From contig CAYLXP010000001.1 in NCBI GenBank assembly GCA_964387425.1, positions 19,452-83,451 of the forward strand: a stretch of 64,000 nucleotides of DNA, in the 5' to 3' direction. The notes below the pieces were generated by a model. That model was not told the DNA's origin. It worked only from the letters and a program-made list of their open reading frames with translations, and made no database searches. Made by a program: the position numbers and the translations under genes. Shown in pieces: positions 52,300 through 62,094 of the stretch; the stretch's first letter is position 1; each line of letters begins with the position of its first letter. The DNA is from an uncultured Victivallales bacterium. Lineage in GTDB: Bacteria > Verrucomicrobiota > Kiritimatiellia > UBA8416.

Positions 52300-54276
52300 A
52301 TGAAAAAGACTCCTACCATTCTATCATTGCTGGTTCTGGTTGCAGCGACCGCGGCGGGGCAGCAACCAAACATCATCCTCTTTCTTGTCGATGACATGGG
52401 GTGGACTGACTGCGGGGTTTATGGCTCGCAGTACTATGAAACCCCGAACGTCGACCGGCTCGCGGCGGGATCCGTGCGCTTCACGCAAGCCTATGCGCAT
52501 CCGCTCTGCTCGCCCAGCCGGGCCTCAATTATGACCGGCCAGGAGGAAGCCCGTCACGGGATCATGTCGGCTCACGGTCATTTGGAGCCGGAACCATGGG
52601 GGCCGCAGGTCTACCAGGAGAACCCCTCCCCTGATCAGCCCTTCCTCTTGCCCAAGAGCCGCCGTTACCTCGATCCCGAGGCGACCACGTTGGCCGAGGC
52701 GTTGAAGGCCGCCGGATACCGCACGGCGCATCTGGGCAAATGGCACCTCGGGCTTACCGAGCCCCATTGGCCGGAAGCACATGGTTTTGAGACGACCTTC
52801 CACTGCGCTCCTGATCCAGGACCGCCGGGCAGCACCTACTTTTCACCCCACGGCGTGCATCCGGACGGCCATCCGTCAGGGAAACACCGGGTCGGAAACA
52901 TCGCCGACGGCCCCGAAGGAGAGCATATCGCGGATCGTCTCGCGCAGGAGGCAATCAAGTTCATCACCGCGCACAAGGACGAGCCCTTCTTCCTGAACCT
53001 GTGCCAGTACTCGGTGCACGGGCCGTGGGAAGCAAGGGCCGACTACATCGAGTACTTCACGAAGAAGGAGGACCCGACCGGCCGGCACACCAACCCGGTT
53101 ATGGCGGCAATGCTGAAGTCGATGGACGACAGCCTGGGGCAGGTCCTGAAGGCGCTCGACGAACTGCGGCTCGCCGAGAACACCATCGTGGTCTTCTTTT
53201 CCGACAACGGCGGGAACGTCAAGAGCTGGTCAACCGAGGGCGAGCAGAACCGCTACCTGAAGCATCCGAAGCACCACCTCTATCACATGGTGAAGACCTA
53301 CCGCGAGCATGCCGGCCTCCAGCCCCCGACCAGCAATGCCCCGCTCAGAATGGGCAAGGCCTTTCTCTACGAAGGGGGCGAACGCGTGCCGCTGATGGTT
53401 CGCTGGCCGGACAAGATCAAGGGTGGCGGAACCAGCGAGGCAATCATCAACAACATCGACCTCTATCCGACCCTGCTGGAGCTGGCGGGCATCCCGCCGC
53501 CAAAGAATCACGTCATCGATGGGTTGTCCTTTGCGCCGGTCCTCATGAAAGGCGAGGCCTTTCCGCGCGACACCAGCTTCACCTGGTTCCCTTACCACGA
53601 CGCGGGGATCTCGGTGCGCCAGGGCAAGTGGAAGCTGATTCGCCGGTTCAAGGAGAACCCGGACTACTACGAAGGTCTTGTCGAACTCTACGACCTGAAG
53701 GAAGACTTGGGCGAAACCACGAATCTCGCGAAGAAGATGCCCGAGAAGGTCGCCGAGCTCGGAAGACTGATCGATGCGCATTTTGCCAGCACCGGCGGGC
53801 TCTATCCAAAACCCAATCCGGATTACCGGAAGTCTGCTCCGAAGAGCGCGACCCACGGGCTGGTGCCCAAGCAATGCCGGATCGACCCGATCGAGAAAGG
53901 CATCCGCGTGGTTCCCCAGGGAGGGCAGCCATTCCTCGGAACCGCCCAAGTCCAACTCACCGGGCCGATCACTCTGCGCCTGCGTGCCCGTGGAGCCGGG
54001 GGCGTGGGAGGAAGGGGACGTATCCAGTGGCGGACCAAGGCGCAGGAGGAGTTTCCCAAGTCTGACCAGAACATCACCTTCGACCTGCCCGCCGGGACGG
54101 ACTGGCAGGAGGTCACAGTGCGGGTGCCGGTTAAGGGCCGTAGCCACCTCGTGCGCCTCCACCTGCCCGGCGCCAAGGCGCTTGAGATCCAATCGATCCG
54201 CTGGGAAGCGAGAAACGAGAAGGCGATCGCGTGGGACTTCACGAACCAAACAAGGCAAGGAGCAAAAAACGAATGA
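52300..54276 (+). CDS. Cys-type sulfatase (arylsulfatase A family) with extra C-terminal beta-sandwich-like domain
   Basis: 658 aa with a signal peptide. Contains NIILFLVDDMGW and the FGly motif CSPSRASIMTG. About 140 additional C-terminal residues are present. Confidence 0.88.
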   Translation: MKKTPTILSLLVLVAATAAGQQPNIILFLVDDMGWTDCGVYGSQYYETPNVDRLAAGSVRFTQAYAHPLCSPSRASIMTGQEEARHGIMSAHGHLEPEPWGPQVYQENPSPDQPFLLPKSRRYLDPEATTLAEALKAAGYRTAHLGKWHLGLTEPHWPEAHGFETTFHCAPDPGPPGSTYFSPHGVHPDGHPSGKHRVGNIADGPEGEHIADRLAQEAIKFITAHKDEPFFLNLCQYSVHGPWEARADYIEYFTKKEDPTGRHTNPVMAAMLKSMDDSLGQVLKALDELRLAENTIVVFFSDNGGNVKSWSTEGEQNRYLKHPKHHLYHMVKTYREHAGLQPPTSNAPLRMGKAFLYEGGERVPLMVRWPDKIKGGGTSEAIINNIDLYPTLLELAGIPPPKNHVIDGLSFAPVLMKGEAFPRDTSFTWFPYHDAGISVRQGKWKLIRRFKENPDYYEGLVELYDLKEDLGETTNLAKKMPEKVAELGRLIDAHFASTGGLYPKPNPDYRKSAPKSATHGLVPKQCRIDPIEKGIRVVPQGGQPFLGTAQVQLTGPITLRLRARGAGGVGGRGRIQWRTKAQEEFPKSDQNITFDLPAGTDWQEVTVRVPVKGRSHLVRLHLPGAKALEIQSIRWEARNEKAIAWDFTNQTRQGAKNE

Positions 54277-56639
54277 GACAAAAAGACGTTCTTCTCTTAT
54301 TGGGCAGCCTGTTCCTGGTCACGGGTGCCTGTGCAGCCTGGGCAGCGCAAGTCGCTGCGAGTGCGCCCAGTGACGATATGAACGGAAAGGTGATTATGTA
54401 CAAAGACCGTGCGCTCTCATTTGCCATTGACGAAACCAAGGGGCATCTTATCTCCTTCAAGAACGGACGTGAGTTCATTGTTGAGGATGAGAAGCAGTCG
54501 CTGTTTTCGCTTCAGTTCCGCAATGCAACCGGGGTGCCCCTGCGGTTCTACTCGAACCAGGCATCCGAGTTTGACGCGAAGCGTGTGGATGAGCCGGGTC
54601 TGACCCGTTTCACACTTTCGTACAAGAAGATCGCGCCGCATCCGCAGGGCTATTTTGAGCGGGATATCAATGCCACGGTATCGATCGAGTGTCCCCACGA
54701 TACCGGGATGACGTATTGGCGGATCGACGTGGACTTCAAGAGCTTGCCTTTGTACATGCTGGAGTTCATTGAGTTTCCCCGCGTGACGCTGCCGAATGAA
54801 TTTGCAGCGGAAGGGGGAGACCTGAATCTGTTCTGGCCCTTCAGCGAAGGCTGCCTGGTTACCGATCCCGGCTCCCGCTGGCACCCGTACAGACCGGTCG
54901 AATATCCCTCCGGCGGCTGGTACGGCATGTATCCCGGTCCGTTGCAGATGCAATACATGTCCGTGCAGTCTCCCGCTGGCGGGCTTTACATGGCATCGCA
55001 CGATGCGGCACATGCACCAAAGGAGATTGAGTACCTCAGAACTGGAAAAGGCGTTCGGCTGATCTACAAGGTATTCACCGGCGCGGCTAAGAAGAGCTAC
55101 CGCATGCCCTACCCCATGGTGCTGGGCGGGTTCGAGGGCGACTGGCACGACGCGGCTCGCATCTATCGTGACTTCGCCACGTCCGACGGGGTCATCACCA
55201 TGCCCAAGCTGAAGGACAACCCCAAGATGGTGGACTGGATGAAGGAGTCGCCAGTCGTCTGCACCTATGCGACGCGCGGGGAAGGACATCACGCCGGGCC
55301 GACTCAGCCCAACAAGCTCTTTCCGTTCAAGAACGTGCTGCCACACCTCGCCCGTTATCAAAAGGAATTCGGCACGGATATCCTCAACATCCTCATGCAG
55401 TATGAAGGCACCGCGCCCTGGTCACCGCCCTACGTGTGGCCGCCGATGGGAGGCGAGAAGGCCTTCAAAGCGTACGTCGATGCTCTGCATGCACAGGGGA
55501 ATATCGCCGGGCTCTATTGTTCCGGTACGGCATGGACCCAGTGCTCTTCGACCGGCGACGGAGACTACGACCGCCGCGAGGATTTCAAGAAGTTGAATCT
55601 CAAAGAGGATATCTGTACCGGTCCGCGCCAGGAGGCGTGGTCGAGGGTCTGCAACGGGGACGCCCTACGCTGGGGCTATGACCTTTGTGCAGCACGGAAG
55701 AAATCGGTGGAGCTGCTCGCGGCGGAAACCAAAAAGATGGTCGACGCCGGAGTCGACTACGTTCAGCTCTTTGACCAGAACCTCGGTTGTGCTCCTTACG
55801 TCTGCTACAGCGACTCACACGGTCATCCTGCCGGACCGGGCACCTGGATGATTCCCGCGATGCAGAAGCTGATCAAAGAGATCTATGAACAGAGCGGGGC
55901 GGAGAAAGAGAACGTGATCTTCGGCTGTGAAGCTGCCGCAGCCGAGCCGTTTATGGAGGACCTCCCACTGAATGACCTGCGTTTTACCCAAGTCCTCAAC
56001 TTTGGTGAATGGGTTCCGGCATACGCCTTCGTCTTCCATGAATACGTCAACAACTTCCAGGGGAACCAGGTTCAAACCACGGGGATGGTGGAGGTGGACA
56101 AGGGAGCCAATCATCTACTTCAGCGCACTGCCTATTCCTTCACCATCGGTGATCTGATGACTATTGTCCTGACCGAGGAGGGAGAGATCCACTGGGGCTG
56201 GTGCACACGCTTCTCGGTTCCGATTCCCGACCAGGAGAGCATCATTGCGCTCATCCGCAACCTGACGGCCTGGCGCAAGCAGGCGGCCCGTCCCTTCCTT
56301 GTGTATGGGCGGATGGAGAAGCCCTTCCGGCTTGTTGACGTGGAAACAGCCGATGTCTACCGCACGGATCGTCCACGCGGGGGTGTTCGCCCCCCGAAGA
56401 CCTCTGTCATCAAGTTCGACAAAGTCCTGACGAGTCGCTTCCAGCATGAAGGCAGGGATGTCCAGCTCCTCGTCAACTGGCAGGAAGAGCCGCAAGAGGT
56501 CACCGTCGCTCTGCCTGAACGTATCACGAAGGTCTCTGTGATCACGGACGCTTCCGGGAAGAAGAACGAGGTAGTGGTCAGGGAGCAGCGCATCAGCGTG
56601 GAGGTTCCGGCGTTGAACGCCCTGTTGCTGGAATTCTAG
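54273..56639 (+). CDS. secreted hypothetical protein, possible glycoside hydrolase-like enzyme
   Basis: Starts at ATG 54273 (MRQKDVLLLLGSLFLVTGACAAWA), overlapping the sulfatase stop as ATGA. No family is confidently recognised. The central region (YVQLFDQNLG ... VIFGCEAAAAEPF) is reminiscent of TIM-barrel hydrolases. Confidence 0.4.
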   Translation: MRQKDVLLLLGSLFLVTGACAAWAAQVAASAPSDDMNGKVIMYKDRALSFAIDETKGHLISFKNGREFIVEDEKQSLFSLQFRNATGVPLRFYSNQASEFDAKRVDEPGLTRFTLSYKKIAPHPQGYFERDINATVSIECPHDTGMTYWRIDVDFKSLPLYMLEFIEFPRVTLPNEFAAEGGDLNLFWPFSEGCLVTDPGSRWHPYRPVEYPSGGWYGMYPGPLQMQYMSVQSPAGGLYMASHDAAHAPKEIEYLRTGKGVRLIYKVFTGAAKKSYRMPYPMVLGGFEGDWHDAARIYRDFATSDGVITMPKLKDNPKMVDWMKESPVVCTYATRGEGHHAGPTQPNKLFPFKNVLPHLARYQKEFGTDILNILMQYEGTAPWSPPYVWPPMGGEKAFKAYVDALHAQGNIAGLYCSGTAWTQCSSTGDGDYDRREDFKKLNLKEDICTGPRQEAWSRVCNGDALRWGYDLCAARKKSVELLAAETKKMVDAGVDYVQLFDQNLGCAPYVCYSDSHGHPAGPGTWMIPAMQKLIKEIYEQSGAEKENVIFGCEAAAAEPFMEDLPLNDLRFTQVLNFGEWVPAYAFVFHEYVNNFQGNQVQTTGMVEVDKGANHLLQRTAYSFTIGDLMTIVLTEEGEIHWGWCTRFSVPIPDQESIIALIRNLTAWRKQAARPFLVYGRMEKPFRLVDVETADVYRTDRPRGGVRPPKTSVIKFDKVLTSRFQHEGRDVQLLVNWQEEPQEVTVALPERITKVSVITDASGKKNEVVVREQRISVEVPALNALLLEF

Positions 56640-56646
56640 AGAGGAA

Positions 56647-58161
56647 ATGAGGAGTTCATTGATAATGAATGACATCAACAGAAAGGTCCCCATGAGTATT
56701 CGCTGGCTGTTAGTTGCTTTTCTCGCGAGTTCATTGGTAACCGGATTGCACGCCCGGGAAACGAAGAGGCCGAACGTGCTCTTCATTGCCATCGATGACT
56801 TGAATGACTGGATCGGGTGTCTGGGTGGGCATCCGCAGGTAAAGACACCGAATCTCGACAAGCTTGCCGCACGGGGGACCTTGTTTCTCAACGCGCATTG
56901 TCAATCTCCGCTCTGCAACCCCTCCCGCACATCGGTGATGTTGGGGCTTCGGCCATCCACCACGGGAGTCTATAGCCTTCAGCCCTGGTTTCGGACGATT
57001 CCGAAATACAAGAATTACGTATCGATGCCGAAGGCGTTCCAGGCGAATGGCTACGCGACCTCGAATTGCGGGAAGATCTACCACGGAAATCCGCAAGGGG
57101 AGTTTGAAACGCGGGGCAGGCTACCGCGGCTCCCGAACCGCTTCCCGAAGACGAAATTCGTAGAGACGCCGCAGAATCATCGAATGGTGGATTGGGGCAT
57201 CTGGCCTCCCAAGGACTCGGACCAGATCGACTATCACACGGCAGAGTGGGCCGTCAAAGAACTCCAGAAGAAGCCCCAGTCCCCCTTCTTCATGACGGTT
57301 GGGTTCTTCAGACCACACGTTCCATTGTATGCTTCCCAGAAGTGGTTCGATTTGTATCCCGAGGAGTCGTTGATTCTCCCTCCAATAAGAAGGGACGATC
57401 GACAGGATACGCCCCGGTTCTCCTGGCACATCCATTGGAGCCTCCCGGAACCGCGGTTGAAATTCATCGAAGAGCAGGGCCAGCTGAAGAACAAGGTCCG
57501 CTCCTATCTTGCCTCAGTCAGCTTTGTAGATGCCCAAGTGGGACGTGTTCTCGACGCACTTGAAGCAAGCGGTCTTCAGGACAACACCATTGTCGTCTGT
57601 TGGTCTGATCACGGGTATCACCTCGGCGAAAAGGAAATCACAGGAAAGAACACGCTGTGGGATCCTTCGACCCGTGTTGCGTTGATGTTTGCCGGGCCAG
57701 GGATTTCAGAGGGTGCACGATGCAAAAGACCGGCAGAGCTTTTGGATATCTATCCGACCCTTGCCGCGCTCTGCAGGCTGAAGGCTGTCCCCAGAGAGCT
57801 TGAAGGACAGAGTCTCGTCCCTCTGCTAAAGGATGCCAATGCGCCTCGAGCCCAACCCGCGATCACATCACACGGCCCGGGCAATGATGCAGTCCGTACG
57901 GAGACTCATCGGTATATCCGCTATGCGGATGGTTCCGAGGAACTCTACAACATGAAGAAGGATCCCAACGAGTATACGAACCTTGCGTCAAACCCGGAGA
58001 CCAGGGCGCTAAGGAAGAAACTCGCCGCGTTCCTTCCAAAGAATCCGGCGAAACCAGCCGCGGGAAGCAAGGCGCGCCTGGTCGAACTCAAGGAAGATGG
58101 GTTTGTCTATTGGGAGAACAAACGGATTGAAAAGGGGGCAAAGATCCCGGAGTACGAGTAG
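56647..58161 (+). CDS. Cys-type sulfatase (iduronate-2-sulfatase-like)
   Basis: 504 aa with a signal peptide. Contains NVLFIAIDDLNDW and the FGly motif CNPSRTSVMLG. Confidence 0.88.
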   Translation: MRSSLIMNDINRKVPMSIRWLLVAFLASSLVTGLHARETKRPNVLFIAIDDLNDWIGCLGGHPQVKTPNLDKLAARGTLFLNAHCQSPLCNPSRTSVMLGLRPSTTGVYSLQPWFRTIPKYKNYVSMPKAFQANGYATSNCGKIYHGNPQGEFETRGRLPRLPNRFPKTKFVETPQNHRMVDWGIWPPKDSDQIDYHTAEWAVKELQKKPQSPFFMTVGFFRPHVPLYASQKWFDLYPEESLILPPIRRDDRQDTPRFSWHIHWSLPEPRLKFIEEQGQLKNKVRSYLASVSFVDAQVGRVLDALEASGLQDNTIVVCWSDHGYHLGEKEITGKNTLWDPSTRVALMFAGPGISEGARCKRPAELLDIYPTLAALCRLKAVPRELEGQSLVPLLKDANAPRAQPAITSHGPGNDAVRTETHRYIRYADGSEELYNMKKDPNEYTNLASNPETRALRKKLAAFLPKNPAKPAAGSKARLVELKEDGFVYWENKRIEKGAKIPEYE

Positions 58162-58236
58162 GCGAGAACACTCCATGGGGTGCTTGAGTCGCCCGAGGTG
58201 CACAGCTAAACTCTCTCCTTAGAAGGGAGGTCTACC

Positions 58237-58713
58237 ATGGCCAAGTGTAACACTGATGAGTGCTGTCCCGAGTTCGATCCCGAACCATGGGAAGAGAAGG
58301 AGCTGGCCTGGGAGGGCAAGCAGTTCGTCAAGGACCGGGTGACGAGCTTCTTCCACATCCCTCTGAACTTCGGCGGCGTGATGAAACGTAACGTCAACCG
58401 CCTCAACGAGGCGGATGCCTTTCCCGAGACACCCCTCGTCCTCTCGGATGAGAACTCACTCTGGGGTGCGGATGTCTACATCGAGGTCATCAAGGAGGTC
58501 CCGGACACCAATATGGCGACCATTTCCGGAACGTTTCTCACCAAGGTGTTTGAAGGTCCTTACCGAAACATGCGGACTTGGATCGAAGAGATGAAGACGT
58601 TTGTCGAAAGCAAGGGCAAAGCGCTCAAGAAGATGTACTTTTTCTACACGACGTGCCCCAAGTGCGCGAAGAAGTACGGAAAGAACTACGTCGTGATCCT
58701 GGCGGAGGTTTAG
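58237..58713 (+). CDS. conserved hypothetical cytoplasmic protein with N- and C-terminal Cys pairs (possible GyrI-like fold)
   Basis: 158 aa behind a GGGAGG Shine-Dalgarno. Contains CNTDECCPEFDPEPWEEKE and TTCPKCAKKYG. The function assignment is only a guess. Confidence 0.4.
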   Translation: MAKCNTDECCPEFDPEPWEEKELAWEGKQFVKDRVTSFFHIPLNFGGVMKRNVNRLNEADAFPETPLVLSDENSLWGADVYIEVIKEVPDTNMATISGTFLTKVFEGPYRNMRTWIEEMKTFVESKGKALKKMYFFYTTCPKCAKKYGKNYVVILAEV

Positions 58714-58769
58714 GAGGCGTTCCGGCTGGATCCTCTCGTTGACCCAGTCATGCGGATTCCCATAGCCAT

Positions 58770-58850
58770 GTCATCCCGAGCTTGCCGAGGGATCTCCCGT
58801 AGGCCAACCACCTTCAACTGCACGAGATGCTTCGACAAGCTCAGCATGAC
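58770..58850. repeat. 27-nt imperfect inverted repeat element (GTCATCCCGAGCTTGCCGAGGGATCTC / GAGATGCTTCGACAAGCTCAGCATGAC)
   Basis: The arms match at 21 of 27 positions by hand alignment. The minus strand translates to MLSLSKHL...REIPRQARDD, a phrase I recall from spurious ORFs on widespread palindromic intergenic repeats. Confidence 0.6.
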
Positions 58851-58886
58851 ACCCTCTTCGTGCAAGAGGACTCCAGGGACGGGACA

Positions 58887-59462
58887 CTACAGTTCCGTAA
58901 TGTAGATGTTGCGGAAGCGGAACTGTCCACCCCTGGGCACTTCAGCCTGGAGTGATATGTATCCCTTTGCCGGGCCCTTCAGTCCATCGTTCTTCCATAC
59001 CTGCTTGCCGTTGATCTCGAGTGCCATCGTACTGCCCTTCACGGTCAGCTTATAGGCATTCCATTTGCCGACGTTGACGGGTTCTTTGTTGATGCAGGTT
59101 TTGCCGACGTTGCCTTCCATGCCCTTGCGAAGGTTGACCTGGTATTGCCTCGGCCACGGCTTACCCTCAGGAACGGCGTCGTAGCGGAAGTAGACGCCGC
59201 TATCCCAGAACTCCTTCTGGAGCGCCTTCCATTCATATTCGAGCACAAAGTCACCGTACATACGCTTCGTCTGCACTAGTCCATTTCCACTCACAAGAAG
59301 GATGTCGCCGGCATCGACTACCGCTTCGCATTTCATCACATCCCAGCCGGCGAGGTCTTTGCCGTTGAACAGCGGCACGCGATCACCGGCAAACGCTCCA
59401 TGCGCTGTGAACAGAAGTGTCGTGATGGCCACGGCGAATAGATGGATACGAGTGTGTTTCAT
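58887..59462 (-). CDS. secreted DUF1080 (3-keto-disaccharide-hydrolase-like) protein
   Basis: 191 aa with a signal peptide. Contains VPLFNGKDLAGW ... FRFRNIYITEL. Confidence 0.8.
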   Translation of the reverse strand: MKHTRIHLFAVAITTLLFTAHGAFAGDRVPLFNGKDLAGWDVMKCEAVVDAGDILLVSGNGLVQTKRMYGDFVLEYEWKALQKEFWDSGVYFRYDAVPEGKPWPRQYQVNLRKGMEGNVGKTCINKEPVNVGKWNAYKLTVKGSTMALEINGKQVWKNDGLKGPAKGYISLQAEVPRGGQFRFRNIYITEL

Positions 59463-59498
59463 CGTTGTTGTCCTTTTGTTTTCCGTTGAGCGGTTCGG

Positions 59499-60512
59499 TC
59501 AGGCGGTATACCCGTTGGGATTCTGGGACTGCCAGCGCCAAGCGTCGACACACATTTCCTGGATACCACGCTCGGCTTTCCAGCCCAGGGTCTCAAGCGC
59601 GTAGGCAGGATCCGCGTAGCATTCGGCGATATCGCCGGGGCGACGGGCTACGACCTCGTATGGAACCGGTTTGCCACTGGCATCCTCGAAAGCCTTCATC
59701 ACTTCCAGAACGCTGTATCCCCTGCCCGTGCCCAGGTTGCAGGTGAGGACACCCGGTTCTGCCTCTAGTTTCTCCAGGGCCTTCAGGTGTCCAATCGCAA
59801 GATCGACCACGTGAATGTAGTCGCGCACGCCGGTCCCGTCCGGTGTCGGGTAGTCATCGCCAAATACGCTGACCTTCTCGCGACGCCCAACCGCCACCTG
59901 TGCCACGAAAGGCAACAGGTTGTTGGGAATGCCTGCCGGATCTTCACCGATGCGCCCGCTTTCGTGCGCGCCAATCGGGTTGAAGTAGCGCAGCAGCGCC
60001 ACGCTAAAGGTAGGGTCGGCAACGCTAAGGTCTGTCAGGATGTACTCCATCATGAGCTTGGTTCGACCGTAGGGATTGGTTGCCTGGAGCGGGAAGTCTT
60101 CCGTGATCGGAACCGTATGCGGATCGCCGTAGACAGTAGCGGATGAGCTGAAGACGATGTTCTTCACGCCCTGCTCCTGCATCACCTCACACAACACCAG
60201 CGTGCCGGTGATGTTGTTCTGATAGTACCGCAGCGGCTGGGATACGGATTCACCAACTGCCTTCAGGGCCGCAAAGTGGATGACACTATCGAAGCCGGCG
60301 CCCTTGACCACCTCGGTCAAGCTAGCCTTGTCGAGAATATCGACCTTGCGGAAATCAACCGCCTTACCCGTCAGTTCGGTGACGCGCCGGAGCGATTCTT
60401 CACTCGCGTTCGACAGGTTATCCACGACACAGACATCGTGACCTGCATTCAACAGTTCAAGAACAGTGTGACTGCCAATATAGCCGGCGCCGCCGGTAAC
60501 CAGAACGTTCAT
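59499..60512 (-). CDS. galE: UDP-glucose 4-epimerase
   Basis: Starts at ATG 60512 ([15 protein letters not shown]). The catalytic YxxxK is in NPYGRTKLM. Confidence 0.93.
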   Translation of the reverse strand: MNVLVTGGAGYIGSHTVLELLNAGHDVCVVDNLSNASEESLRRVTELTGKAVDFRKVDILDKASLTEVVKGAGFDSVIHFAALKAVGESVSQPLRYYQNNITGTLVLCEVMQEQGVKNIVFSSSATVYGDPHTVPITEDFPLQATNPYGRTKLMMEYILTDLSVADPTFSVALLRYFNPIGAHESGRIGEDPAGIPNNLLPFVAQVAVGRREKVSVFGDDYPTPDGTGVRDYIHVVDLAIGHLKALEKLEAEPGVLTCNLGTGRGYSVLEVMKAFEDASGKPVPYEVVARRPGDIAECYADPAYALETLGWKAERGIQEMCVDAWRWQSQNPNGYTA

Positions 60513-60587
60513 GGTGACTCCCGTACATAGAGCGGCGATGCCCACAGCGCAGGCATCGCCGCCTTTGTTGTATTTCGGGTGTGTACT

Positions 60588-61952
60588 CTACTCTGGTTTC
60601 GGCAATCCTTCAAGAGCCGCCAGAGAACGTGCCATGTGCTCTTCCGGCAAAGCATAGTCGGAGAGCTTGCCATCGAAGAAGGCTTCGTAGCCGGTCAAGT
60701 CCATGAGTCCATGGCCGGACCAGTTCATTACGATAACCTTCTCCTTGCCCTCTTCCTTCGCCTGTTTCGCTTCGCGGATTGCCTGCGCAATCGCGTGCGA
60801 AGTCTCAGGGGCAGGAATGAAACCTTCTGTACGGGCCCAGAGCACGGCGCCTTCGTAGCACTCAAGTTGGTGCAGCGATTCGGCTTCGATCAGTCCCTCG
60901 CGCAGTGCATGACTGACCATCGGCGCCATACCGTGATAGCGCAATCCACCGGCGTGGATTGGTGCCGGCACAAACGTGTGGCCCAGGCTATGCATCGGCA
61001 GCAGCGGCGTCATCATGGCCACGTCACCTGAGTCATAGGCGTACGGTGCACGCGTCAGCGTCGGGCACGCCGCCGGCTCGGTCGCAATCACGCGGACATC
61101 CTTGCCCGCAATCTTGTCTGCGATGAATGGGAAGGCTAATCCAGCGAAGTTCGAGCCACCACCGGCACAACCGATCACGACATCCGGCGTCTCACCAATC
61201 TTCTCGAACTGCTTCTTGGCTTCGAGTCCGATGATGGTCTGGTGCAGCATCACATGATTCAGAACGCTACCCAGCGAGTAGCGAGTATCTTCCCGCTGCA
61301 CGGCCTGCTCAAGGGCCTCGCTAATCGCGATACCAAGACTGCCCGGGGTGTCCGGCATCTCTTCCAGAATCTTCTTGCCGACTTCGGTCTCCGTGCTTGG
61401 GCTTGCAACGCAGTTGCCGCCCCAGACACGCATCATGGCTTTGCGGAAGGGCTTCTGGTCGAAGCTGATGCGCACCATGAACACTTTGCATTCCAGGCCA
61501 ATCAGCTGACACGCAAACGAAAGCGCACTACCCCACTGGCCGGCACCCGTCTCCGTCGTCAAGCGTTTGATCCCGAATTCCTTGTTGTACCAAGCTTGCG
61601 CAACCGCCGTGTTGGGCTTGTGGCTTCCTGGAGGCGAAACGCCCTCGTTCTTGTAGTAAATCTTCGCCGGCGTACCCAGGGCTTCCTCGAGGCGGCGGGC
61701 CCGATACATCGGCGTGGGACGCCAAATCTTGTAGATACCCAGGATATCCTCAGGAATGTCAACCCAGCGGTCCGGGCACATTTCCTGTTCGATCAGGTTC
61801 ATGGGGAAGACAGGAGCCAGCGCATCCGGCCCAATCGGGTTGCCGCCGGCATCGACGGGGGGCGGCATCGGCTTGGAAAAATCGGCGTTGAGATTGTACC
61901 ACTGACGCGGCAGTTCGTCCTCGGTTAAGACAACCTTGATCTCTTCACTCAT
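60588..61952 (-). CDS. trpB: TrpB-like PLP-dependent enzyme (tryptophan synthase beta chain 2 type)
   Basis: 454 aa with a long N-terminal extension ([12 protein letters not shown]), the PLP lysine context [11 protein letters not shown] and the motif [11 protein letters not shown]. Confidence 0.85.
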   Translation of the reverse strand: MSEEIKVVLTEDELPRQWYNLNADFSKPMPPPVDAGGNPIGPDALAPVFPMNLIEQEMCPDRWVDIPEDILGIYKIWRPTPMYRARRLEEALGTPAKIYYKNEGVSPPGSHKPNTAVAQAWYNKEFGIKRLTTETGAGQWGSALSFACQLIGLECKVFMVRISFDQKPFRKAMMRVWGGNCVASPSTETEVGKKILEEMPDTPGSLGIAISEALEQAVQREDTRYSLGSVLNHVMLHQTIIGLEAKKQFEKIGETPDVVIGCAGGGSNFAGLAFPFIADKIAGKDVRVIATEPAACPTLTRAPYAYDSGDVAMMTPLLPMHSLGHTFVPAPIHAGGLRYHGMAPMVSHALREGLIEAESLHQLECYEGAVLWARTEGFIPAPETSHAIAQAIREAKQAKEEGKEKVIVMNWSGHGLMDLTGYEAFFDGKLSDYALPEEHMARSLAALEGLPKPE

Positions 61953-62094
61953 GCGGACCTCCTTAGGTACAGGGTTCGTTTACAGCGATTAAAGCCTGTT
62001 GAGGTTAGCGCATCCAGCCGCTTGCGTCAACGCGGTTGCGGGATGGAGTCAGACTGGACTGGTGAACAATGAGCTGGGCGGAGACTCCTGTCCG

